Shown here piece by piece: positions 55,001 to 64,000 of a DNA stretch of 64,000 bases (position 1 is its first letter; each line of letters starts with the position of its first letter). The DNA is from Catajapyx aquilonaris (lineage: Eukaryota): positions 62,001-126,000 of the forward strand of contig KZ538012.1 of the NCBI GenBank assembly GCA_000934665.2. Reading direction: 5' to 3'. Below the pieces are notes generated by a model. It saw nothing but the letters and a program-made list of their open reading frames with translations. It searched no databases and was not told the origin of the DNA. Both the position numbers and the translations under genes were made by a program.

Positions 55001-55644
55001 CCTCCTGCCACCAGCACTGCCAATGTCGCCACCACATCCACGTTGGCGGCGGCAGCGGCTGCCATGAGCAGTGAGGTTCAGCAGCAGCTGGTGTCCGGGC
55101 TGGCTGATCTGCGGGTGGATGTCCGACTGGAGGTGCAACGGTTGAGCCAGCGAGTGGGGCACTTGGAGGACATGTTGGCGGAGGTACTTTCCAGGTTGCC
55201 TCCTGCACCCACCAGTGCTTCCAGTACGCACACGGCCACATCTTCCACCGGAGCCACCAAATCTGGTAGTGGGGGCAACAACCCAGCTTCCGATTCTCAA
55301 TCGCCATCACCGTCTCCAAGGTAAGTGTAGTTCTCTACATGATGTGGTATTGGACAACTAGAACATTGATTGTTGTTTTCAGCGGAGGCGAAAGTAAAGA
55401 AAGGGCACGGAGAAGAGGATCTGACAGTGAGGAAGGTGGTGGTGGTGGTGCAGTTATAGGCGGGAGGGGTGAAAGGAGGAGAAGGAAACCATTTGGTGGT
55501 CCTACAGGAGGTCGGGGAGGTTCGGGAGGAGGTTCCAGGCCCTCTCCCACGGACTCCATGGTCCAGCACATGTTAGAAGAAGAGATTGAGGAGCAGCGAG
55601 TTGGAGACGAGTCTGCTCAGCAGCGCTCCAAAGAGTTCCTGTGA
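36959..55644 (+). CDS. eag: Ether-a-go-go voltage-gated K+ channel (Kv10/KCNH1-like), 5'-partial; join(36959..37059,42463..42595,42658..42786,44400..44521,47234..47629,52684..52841,52907..53169,53251..53450,53812..54064,54134..54330,54398..55320,55383..55644)
   Basis: Manual splicing gives one continuous frame with compatible phases. The translation closely matches Drosophila Eag as I recall it: PAS, S1-S6, SVGFGN filter, [13 protein letters not shown], coiled coil. Confidence 0.97.
37739..38099. mobile_element. MITE (37907-38099) preceded by a tandem copy of its 5' about 150 bp
   Basis: TGGACGGTGTTATGCAATAAT..TCAACCCACA at 37739 and 37907; inverse at about 38066-38099. Confidence 0.75.
38258..38365 (+). 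mobile_element. SINE remnant with Deu/Nin-domain-like core
   Basis: GTGCACGTTAAAGATCCCC...AAATTTCC...GACGTTAAGCCCCA resembles, from memory, Deu/Nin-type and tick Ruka SINEs. Confidence 0.45.
38774..39585. mobile_element. piggyBac-type fold-back element, about 360-bp inverted arms
   Basis: TTAA|CCCCTTCGGCCCCAGATCGG...CCGATCTGGGGCCGAAGGGG|TTAA; arms differ only by scattered mismatches. Confidence 0.93.
39646..39812 (+). mobile_element. DINE-1/HINE-like (Helentron-derived) remnant
   Basis: T-rich start, CTGTCCGTCCGTCTGT microsatellite, terminal short stem-loop. Confidence 0.4.
40056..40320. mobile_element. Tc1/mariner-type MITE; related half-copy at 36115-36190
   Basis: CAGGGTGTTCCAAATTC...GAATTTGGAACACCC with about 80-bp imperfect arms. 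Confidence 0.7.
41785..42131. mobile_element. Fold-back MITE, about 150-bp arms, nested in an older inverted repeat (41702-42241)
   Basis: Arms are near-perfect reverse complements, hence the mirror ORFs 41833/41841; outer pair GAAATTGGTGCC/GGCACCAATTTC. Confidence 0.88.
42463..42595 (+). CDS. eag: eag exon, [47 protein letters not shown]
   Basis: Acceptor ggacag, donor A|gtaagt; phase 0 in, phase 1 out. Confidence 0.95.
42658..42786 (+). CDS. eag: eag exon, PAC part of PAS: (K)[42 protein letters not shown]
   Basis: Follows a 62-nt intron ending ttgacag. The 3' end is ambiguous, with same-phase donors after 42786, 42792 and 42798. Confidence 0.92.
44400..44521 (+). CDS. eag: eag exon with N-terminal calmodulin-binding region: (G)[40 protein letters not shown]
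   Basis: Acceptor ttcgtag (alternative in-frame start at 44388), donor CAT|gtgagt. Confidence 0.93.
45663..45950. mobile_element. TIR element containing (TTAGG)n, flanked by TG repeats
   Basis: CTTGTCTTCAATAAGGTCTGGGGACG vs CGTCCCCACACCTTAGTGAAGACAGG; TAGGT array at about 45847-45897. Confidence 0.65.
46467..46680. mobile_element. hAT-like MITE with termini like 19115-19157
   Basis: CAGTGACGTA...TGCGTCACTG; degenerate TSD ending ctacc. Confidence 0.55.
47234..47629 (+). CDS. eag: eag exon, S1-S3: [27 protein letters not shown]...[14 protein letters not shown]
   Basis: Acceptor tgtgtag, donor GAT|gtaagt; lies in ORF 47234..47746. Confidence 0.97.
48362..48953. mobile_element. Compound fold-back element: outer TIRs, 50-bp perfect palindrome, inner 290-bp hairpin
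   Basis: Outer CCGTCAATTGAGGTGAGATTGTGCCAGCGCATTTTT and its inverse; palindrome 48438-48487; inner inverted repeat 48505-48793. Confidence 0.85.
52684..52841 (+). CDS. eag: eag exon, S4-S5: [52 protein letters not shown](W)
   Basis: Acceptor tttcag, donor TG|gtaaga; periodic basic residues of S4. Confidence 0.97.
52907..53169 (+). CDS. eag: eag exon, turret, pore helix, GFG filter (53100-53108), start of S6
   Basis: Acceptor gggcag, donor G|gtacta; [15 protein letters not shown]-glycosylation sequons NVT and NTT. Confidence 0.97.
53251..53450 (+). CDS. eag: eag exon, S6 and C-linker: (A)[17 protein letters not shown]...[11 protein letters not shown]
   Basis: Acceptor tttcag. The donor is either GC at 53451 or GT at 53454. 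Confidence 0.94.
53812..54064 (+). CDS. eag: eag exon, C-linker/[27 protein letters not shown]...DDEVVAIL
   Basis: Acceptor tggcag, donor G|gttagt; lies in ORF 53770..54069. Confidence 0.97.
54134..54330 (+). CDS. eag: eag exon, CNBHD with intrinsic ligand YNL (54313-54321): (G)[12 protein letters not shown]...[11 protein letters not shown]
   Basis: Acceptor ttttag, donor CGG|gtgagt. Confidence 0.96.
54398..55320 (+). CDS. eag: eag exon, C-terminal CaM-binding motifs, poly-Gly, tetramerising coiled coil
   Basis: Acceptor ctgcag, donor AG|gtaagt; [43 protein letters not shown]. Confidence 0.94.
54779..54832 (+). repeat. GGN repeat encoding about 18 Gly
   Basis: Read directly in the eag frame. 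Confidence 0.95.
55383..55644 (+). CDS. eag: eag last coding exon ending ...QQRSKEFL*
   Basis: Follows a 62-nt intron ending ttttcag; phase-compatible; double stop TGA TAA. Confidence 0.85.
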
Positions 55645-58132
55645 TAAGTCCTCCCGCCTGTCCGCCATTTCTGCTCCACATTAATTCTCTTCCACTCTTA
55701 TTAGTCCATCTGTCTGACAACTTCCTGCCAATTTCTCTACTCGCACTTTTCATACTTCCAAATTCTCTTTTCAGAGCCTTACTCCTATTAGATTGGTTTC
55801 GAAATTCATGCTCTGTTTTGCATTATATTATGTGGTTGAGACTATGCTTTCATGGCGTCACTATACAGTAGTGATTCCGGAATATAATCGGAACAAGGTT
55901 CTTCTCTGTTCTCCTGAAGCTGGAGCTTTACCCTTGAATCTATGCAACATTTTTCAAGCCCTTGTACGAATAATTTATTGTACCTAGTCGACAGATGGAC
56001 AATAGTGAACGCGCCATAATCAGGAAGGAAATGTAGAGAGCAAGTCCTCTGGATTCCGATGCAAGGGAATAGAGGCTGGCGGCGGCGGGGGGTTCAAAAT
56101 TCCAGAAGAACACGTTCAGTGCGTGGTGTAACTGCACCTAGTGCAGAGTGCAAGCAAGGATGGAGGGCCCCCAGAAACTTGACTCCCCATCCTCCTTTCT
56201 TTTTTTCTCCCCTTTCAAAAAGAATCCTTATGCAAGGATGCCTCTCCATCCTCCTCTTGAACTGAGTGCAAAAGGTAGCTATAAAACACTTTCCACAACG
56301 AACTAATAAGCGCCTCTTCTTCTGCTGGGCGCTTTTTGGGGAATTGTGCGTGTGTGTGTGGGATTGCGGGGAAGAAGATGATATACATAAGGACTAAGCC
56401 AATACTCACTCTTTTCGTGAAAACAACGTGCTGCTGATGTGATGAAGGTAAAACAAATCTCATACCAACTTAAGAATTGGCTTCAAGGAAGAACAAAATA
56501 CAGATGTAGTGCGTCACTAATCCAGAGCTTAGTATGTTGTTGGACACTAGCCTAGTGGAATCGTGCTGCAACATTGATTATTACAGGGAACAACGATTAC
56601 GAGTCATCCATTCTGTATTTATTTCACGCTGAAACTAGCGTGAAAATGTCCCAGTTTGTGTACCGAGTAACAACGAATCTGAGCGGACGAGAACAATCAT
56701 TATTGCGGCAAGGTTCCACTCTAGACATACTAACTAAGCGCTAACTAAGGCAAACCAATCAAGCATACTATGTTACGTTCGCTCAACCTCCAATCTCTCA
56801 CACAGAGAACCTTCCCCAAAAGAGTATCCTTTCGCTGAGCGTCTAAGCAATAATATAACCAAGAGTTTTTGTCTATAATTCTCTCACCACTCTCCTCTCG
56901 CCACTATTTTTACACATCAGCGTACATCAACAATCAGCAGTAGAGTAGCAATAGTATACAAGTGAAACTCTCTTTGAACACGAGTTTTTATCATAGTTAC
57001 TGTACTGTCCTGCCTATCCCCTTCATTTTGTGTTCCTTGCTCCCTTTCTGACCCTTTCTCACTCACTTGTTCTTGTTTTTTGGACCTACACGGTCCAAAA
57101 CCGTGCAAAATATTTGTTAACATTTTTTGTACGATAGGAACCGAGTAGCCTTTCAAAGCCTTCCCACCACACCGTGGACCTGTTTTGGCCTTTCTGACCT
57201 ACAGATCTCCCTGTCCCTCCCTTTGTAAAGAAATCAAATACAGTTAAAAAGTTTTTGACTTGCTTATGGCCAACTGCTTCATTCACCCTTGACCCATCCA
57301 AACGCGGCTCGGGATACGTTCCAATCAATAGCTATTTGTTACCGATATCAAATCATACGCAACTCATTTAGGGCGTTTACCATTATTGCTCGACAATTAT
57401 TTCATTTGCGCATGAATTATGCAATAACTGGCATTGTATTCTGTTGTCCAAACAATAGCCGGAAAACAATCCTAGAATCGGTAGAAACTACGTCAGGTAG
57501 TATAGGTTTTGTGCGAAAAGCGAGATCAATTATTGTCGCAGAATATTGATTCTATCCACAAATTAGTCCTGTAACGAATGCAATCGTCGTTAAGGTTGCA
57601 AAAATAATGGACTCTTTGTTGTTTTTGCCAATGCCGGATGTAGCGTTTTCATTGTTCCAAATTTGTGTTTCAATTATTGCGTTCAATAGAGGGTGTTGCA
57701 CTGCCCAAGTCCACAATTTAAGAGTGAGTGTGGGAGGAGAAATTGTGGATTGTTTTCTTCAGCAACCAGTTTAAAACGAATCAACCCATTGGACTTCACC
57801 TGTCGTATTTGTTGCTCCTCTTTAAAGTGGATGTTGGAGTAAGCAATCCATAATTTCCTCGCCATACTCCCTCTTGAAGTGGGGAGTTCACCGCCCTGTA
57901 TAGACCTACAGTAAAATAAGAGCAGTGATGATACTGTAGGTGATTTACCTCAAGTTGTCTTTTAGCCATCTACGTAATCACAATATTTTTAGTTTTTAAT
58001 TTAGATTTGAAAAAAGTTACTTCCGAAACTCACGTGACGCCAAAGAGCATAAGCGATTTTATGGACGTATGAGAATAATTTGCGAAAAATTCCGAACTTG
58101 CGTCACTTCTACAATTTCCGGATTTTGAAGGA

Positions 58133-58138
58133 AATAAA
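58133..58138 (+). promoter_or_regulatory. Candidate polyadenylation signal
   Basis: First AATAAA I found after the stop, which would imply a 3' UTR of about 2.5 kb; no transcript support. Confidence 0.25.
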
Positions 58139-60829
58139 ATTAATGATTTTAAAGTCTTTTCAGATAAGGTAACGGAAATGCAGGGTGTTTCAACAACGTA
58201 GCTGTTTTGATAACCAATTAGACAATAGTAGCAAACAATTATTATGTTAAACATAATGAAGAGACCGACCATATCCATTTGAACTTAAGTGATTTCACTG
58301 ACATAGTCATTGCATATTCCCGCGAGTATTTTTTCCGAAACGTTCTGTTGTATAAACGAAACTGAAGAGTAAGTGTCTGATTATGTGCATGATTAACATG
58401 ACATAATTTTATTGGGGACTTTCCATTTCCATTAGATCGGACGCAACCGGACCTTAGTTGATACCAGTATAGTATCTCAATCATACATTTTAAAGTGGTC
58501 TATTTTTGGTCTTTGCAGTTATTCCATCTGATATCTCTGCTATTTTTAAAATATCCTTGTCGAATCTACTCGTAGAAACACCATGCCCCGCCCAGTGCAT
58601 TTCCTGCAAATGAGGAGCCATTTTTTTTGTCATAAAAGAGAAATATTATTAACATAATAGCAGTAGAGTACACAGGGTGTTCCTACAGATACGCACTTCC
58701 TCTCGGACACTACTTACGCCAAAACAAAATTACCCCGGTTATTCTTGGCAATTACGATTTATTACAGGCATGCTGACAATGTGACTTTGGATTGGCCCTA
58801 TTCTGTGGGCATCCTGCACGACAGGCGACCCACCAACCAGCCATGCTGCATGGGTTGCCTGACTCGCAGGATGACCCACATTACCAGTATTATCAAAGCT
58901 ACTCTAAATTTAACATTAAAATTGACATTTAAAATTATCTGTGCAATTAAGTCGAACTTACCAAAATTAACTATTATAATGTTGTCTTGTCGTGTTTCAA
59001 GAAGCCTAAATCCGAGAGGAAGTGCGAACCTTAGCGACATACTGTATAGTGCAATTTAGGGACTGACTCTCGATGGAATCCGTGTCATGAATTCCTGCGC
59101 ACTTCACAGGGAATAACGACAATGGGTGAGATTTTTGTGCTTCTGCCAAGTCTCTGCTGGCAGCGTGTGTGTGCTAATGAGAATTCTCCCATGGATGAGC
59201 ATTTTCACGTGTGACCGTGGGTTTTAGAGTTGTTGACAGTTGATTGTTTCATTACAGTTTGTGCTGCTAACTTTAGCATAAGGACAAAAAAAACACGAGC
59301 TATTTCTGCAATACTTTTCCCCTACTCTCAACAGTCATGTATAAAGGGTTCACTCCGTTAAAAACAGGAACACAACTGCACATACTCTTCACAGATTAAT
59401 GCGAGAAATGTTACATTCTAGTGTTCTAGGCTCTACGTTCTCATGTCATTGTAAATATTATAAAATTTTGTAGTTATTGGAGTGGACTGTTGCAAAATCC
59501 CATAATATCTTGTTTAAAGCTACAAATAATTTCAAAACACATTGATGCAAAAAATTAAGAAGACAGGGTTGATATTGGAAGATTTAAAAAGGATTCTAGA
59601 TCATGAAATTGCATAACAAACTGATGCGCTTGATGAGACATCCTACCATTGAAAATACTATAAAACTGGACCACTAGTATATCTGTTTGCAAGTCATTGG
59701 ATCCGGAGAATGAACCTACGGTATTTTTTTCTAGCGTAACTGGATGTCAAATGAGAATTGCAATAGAGAGGTAATATCCATTGAATTGATTTCCTATAAC
59801 GCAGGTCACCACAACAACAGAATCAAGAGTCACCTTGCTAAAAATCAAATTATCACTCTCTACGAAAAGCCCCTTCCTTTTTTAAAGAGACACTGGCTAC
59901 AGTAAACAGGGTGACACAAAAGAACTTTGGTTCCTTCCTATATACTTAGTTGTTTTATTTGGGCAATTTATCTCTTCATTAGGAAGCATTCAATTCGTCA
60001 TACATCTGAATATTAGAGAATTATAGAGTCTGCTACTTATTCAACGATGGGTCGCCTGACGCTCAAATATTGGCTCACTTTGTGAAAAAAAACACGTCCA
60101 AAGGGTGAGAAAATCGTTCCCGATAAGAAATAACAATTCCGTCATACTTTACGCATGCAGTTTTTGATTTGTTTGATTGATATTTTCAATTGACATATTA
60201 TGTTACTATCCATAGGATATGACGTAAAAGGCTATAGTTTGTGATACTCTATAGTGCAGTAGCTTTGCAACTGTTTTTTTCTGGTACCATTACTGCCACA
60301 TCTGAGGAAGTAAGTCTTACAGAGCAGAAAATTTTCGACGCACTATATGTGAGCAATATAGGCGCAATAAATGACTCCTGCAAACGTAAAGTGATTATTG
60401 GAAAAATAACACTGAACATGAATATAGTAAAAGTCAAAAATATTTGGCCACTGAGCTCGCATATGCCTGCTTTCCACATGATTCCGCGTCAAAAATGAGA
60501 AAATTGCCATGTCTCATCAATTTGCAAATCTATTCGGCAACTTTCCATTTTCAACCGAGTTTAAGCATATGTCAAACAGGCTTAGCGCTTATTTATTGTT
60601 ACGATGGCAGGGAACTTGAGCGATAACAAATGTTAACAATTTTTTAAGAGCATGTTAGACAATCAACTAATTATTGTGCTACTTCATCTATACTGGACAT
60701 GGTTGTAGATATTCCTCCTTTGTTGCCTGAACTTGTTGGAGTCGTAGGCCAGTCTTTGATACATCCTGGAACAGAGTCTGGATTCTCCTGATAGTCCAAC
60801 AACAGCGCTCAACCACTTGGCCATCTTGG

Positions 60830-61130
60830 ACGCCCAGTTTCCTTTCCTGCGACCAGAAAGTAACAGTTTCAGGTTTTCACCCCGTTTTCATTCATTACCA
60901 TAACACACGCTGTAATTACCAGTCAAAAAACAGGCGATGTTTTCTCCCTTGGGCGATTTGGAAGCAGATGGACTTGTGGAATGTGATCTGAGGTTCAAGC
61001 TCCTGTAGTTGTTTCCAGGCCCTCTCCAGCTCCAGCTCCAGCTCCAGAAATGCAAGATGTTCATCCCTCAAGTGTCGCCGATTCCTCCTTATGTAACCCC
61101 CTTGTGATAATCAAGACTAGGTGTAAGTAC
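60830..61130 (-). mobile_element. Possible decayed Ty3/Gypsy integrase C-terminal fragment
   Basis: Minus strand reads LIITRGYIRRNRRHL, with an SGR-like motif downstream. Confidence 0.3.
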
Positions 61131-61949
61131 TCAGGTCCCAATTTGGGTAGAAAAAGTGGCAGTTCCGGTCTGCCCTCGGAGAAAGAGAGTGAAAGTAGGC
61201 CAAGAAAATGCGTGTAAAAAACGGGGAAATCTTCCAAGACATGATTTGAAAACGGTACTGGTTAACATGAAGTTCAAACTCACTTTCATCTGTTTCCTGA
61301 TTTATGAGTGACAAAATTCTTGGGTGTCTCGAAAGTAAACGACCAGTAGGTTCGATGAACTCGAAAATGACATTCCAACAATGCTCAGTAATTCAGGTGT
61401 ACTTACAAGGATTAAGGGTGAGCCCCAAGAAAATCTTCTTCCAGATTGTGACTATCTTGGTAAGCGAGGTGAGTATGGTGAAGCTAAGAGCCAATGGTAT
61501 CCTGGACTCCACCTGAATAAGATGTACCGAGAGCAAGAGCAGGAGCATCAGCAGCCAAGCAACCGCACCTATCCTCATGCCTCTCCATCTGGACACTACC
61601 CACCAACTATCTAATGTCTCCAGCCAGATTCTCCACTTACAGGTCTCCCCTGACACACTTTTCGCGCTAACTTCATTCGCCGCACTCTTCCAAGAAATCA
61701 CGTTAACATCAAAATTATAGGGGGGGGGGGGGGNCCGATTCTAGCCAAAAAATTGATGCAAATGGTTTGTGCAAATTAATTGCTATGACTCAGGTCTTAA
61801 CGTTAATGTACGTTCTACTATTCAATTTACTCGTTTGGTCCAGCCAATGCATACATTGAACATAAAAGTGGTAGGAAATACATATGGATGTTCTATGAAA
61901 GCTGATTAATCATCATCATCAAGCTGATTAATCACAAATCCAGTTGATT

Positions 61950-62238
61950 CAACCGAAGCAGGTTGGTGTAGTGGTTAAGGAGTCCGACTGCTAATCGGGA
62001 GGTCCTGGGTTCGATTCCCGACCGTGGTTTTCTGTGGTTTCCCCTGGTCCCCCCAGGATAATTCCGGGGTCGCTTCCGTATAATAGGCGCTTCCTTCTTC
62101 CCTATCCTTGGCCCCATCCATATGTGAAAGTTTCAGAAAAAATTGAATGGAAAAATGGTGGTATTCCACCCCCCCCCCCCCTAATGGAGCGCCGATTCTC
62201 CCAATGGGGTAAAATTAAATAAATAAATAAAATAAAAT
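61950..62238 (+). mobile_element. Full-length tRNA-derived SINE (second family) with A-rich tail
   Basis: A box TGGTGTAGTGG, B box GGTTCGATTCC, anticodon-like arm with GCT, 14-bp TSD AAATCCAGTTGATT at 61936-61949 and 62239-62252. Confidence 0.9.
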
Positions 62239-64000
62239 AAATCCAGTTGATTGAAGAGGATAATGAGAGACTTGAAATTCTTGATATTGATTTTCTAACA
62301 TGTGGACGAAATTCTCAGAACGGACCACAAGCATAGGACTGTTCCTTCGTTATTTCTTGGTATCACAAGAAGTCAATAGCAAATTCGTAAAATTGTTTCA
62401 CATCAAACCAAAATAATTGTTTTATGAATTTATGAAATATTTTATTTCCCGACATGATAACAAAAATGATTGGTCAGGGTATTGTGACTAGATGAGTTAT
62501 GATTCTTATTTGCCAAATATTGCACGTGACGAGTTTCATTTGAGCTTGAGCGGTGATAGAAGATCAAGCACTTGCCGACCTCCAAGAGGACAGTTAGGGT
62601 AAAAATTGTGACATCCTGTCCCTTCGACCCCTGCAACCAGCTGACCCATGTGAGCAGCAAAATGATATCTCGAGGTCACTTCCGCCACTGTTCCAATGCT
62701 GGTATCCCTATACAGGAAGAAAAATCGAAGGCCAAATTAGACCAGAGATGGCGCACAGGAGCACGTGAGAAAAGATGTCGGAGGTCACATGCCACAAAAG
62801 AAAGTGGAGGGACACCCAGTTGGGGCGTTTCCCGTTACAATTTTCTTTCATGGTCTCACCAACTGTTTACCTGAGAAGCTTGAGGAGACTCTTTTCAGCG
62901 TTGCTCAGGCTAGACGATGTGACTGCGTGTAACTCACAGATTAGCTTCGGCAGACACGATGTCTTCAGGATCTGCATCACATGGGCGCGAAACTCGTTTC
63001 CTGGTGGGAAAAAAATATATATATCCGGAAGCTATGAGGAAGCATCCTGTTATTGCTAGCATTCATTATTAATGCAACGCTGGCAACTGCTTGAATGGGA
63101 AAGTGGCACAGGCGTGTGCGTCATTAACCTACATATCTCTTTCTCGAGTGAAAGTCGGTTCTGCACTCTGACACAACGATTTACGAGACTGTACAAGTAG
63201 CGATGACCGATACGATCAGCTGTATTGTTCACTCTAGTAAATTCTCCCATAAATATTCTTCGATCGAGCCATTTTTATTAGATGTTGAAACAGCAATGTC
63301 TCATCAACTATTTGTTTTCTTGATGAATATAATGCAATGCCCTTGGATATATTGTTTCGTTTTAATTTTTTTTCAAATGTCGCATTGTAGTGTACGTGCC
63401 TGGTATTACAGTACAAGGAACTTTGCAATCGCATTGTGAATTGTCTCGTCGTTAGGGTCAGCTGCATCCTCACTTTCGGATTCCCAGATGGTCATTAAGT
63501 TATCGAAAACAATCGTTTTACGAGTCATATCGAGGATATGTTACACCAAGGACAAGAGTCCCAGGAAAATTCACTGATACGATGGTGACAAGGACATGTG
63601 TTTGACTTGAGGGTTATTATAGTCTAAGAATACGGTATACTGTTGAAAAGTAGTGGTTCTTCCACTTTTTCCTCCCTATTGATGTCGCAAAAAAAATGTG
63701 GAAGAACAGCTTCCTGTCAATGACATAACAAGTTCATTGTAACTATCAGCATCATCTCACGTCGCCCATATTCCACCCCGTCATTATGCAAATATGCGAA
63801 ACATTTTGTCCCCAACTGATAGCAAATTTTCAGGATGTTGCCATTTTTATAAGCCTGAGATATTTTTTTTTACATACGAGGTATCAGTGCTGTGAGGTAA
63901 GGGGAATACATTTGTACAGTATAAAGAAGTGTGAAAAATATACTGCATTATTTAATTAACCTCTTTAGTGACTAGATCCTGCAGAAAATATTACTTTCTA

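Noticed and set aside
54481..55571. Several overlapping and antisense ORFs including poly-Pro
   Set aside because: Shadows of the GC-rich low-complexity eag exons.
55642..55647. Stop-codon readthrough
   Set aside because: TGA is immediately followed by TAA.
61955..62030. tRNA-Ser(GCT) gene
   Set aside because: No good acceptor stem or long variable arm; it has a SINE body, tail and TSD.

Overview
This is eukaryotic, arthropod-like genomic DNA, not prokaryotic. The window carries most of one spliced gene on the + strand: ether-a-go-go (eag; Kv10/KCNH1-type K+ channel). I traced 12 phase-compatible coding exons from 36959 to the stop at 55644, about 1045 codons. They cover the PAS domain, S1-S6 with the GFG filter, C-linker/CNBHD with the YNL intrinsic ligand, and a Gly/Ser/Ala-rich tail with a coiled coil. 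The first coding exon (PAS-cap) was not found, so 1-36958 is probably one very large intron. Introns and flanks hold many non-autonomous elements: piggyBac-, Tc1/pogo- and hAT-type MITEs, tRNA-derived SINEs with clean TSDs, and microsatellites. The most interesting signals are: (1) a duplicated in-frame splice donor that would add 12 aa to the S3-S4 linker; (2) a probable GC-AG intron; (3) tandem donors/acceptors next to the N-terminal calmodulin site; (4) long intronic fold-backs in a gene whose fly orthologue is ADAR-edited; (5) substitutions at PAS Tyr71, the pore helix and the CaMKII motif; (6) MITE-borne CRE palindromes. Nearly all other ORFs in the track look spurious.
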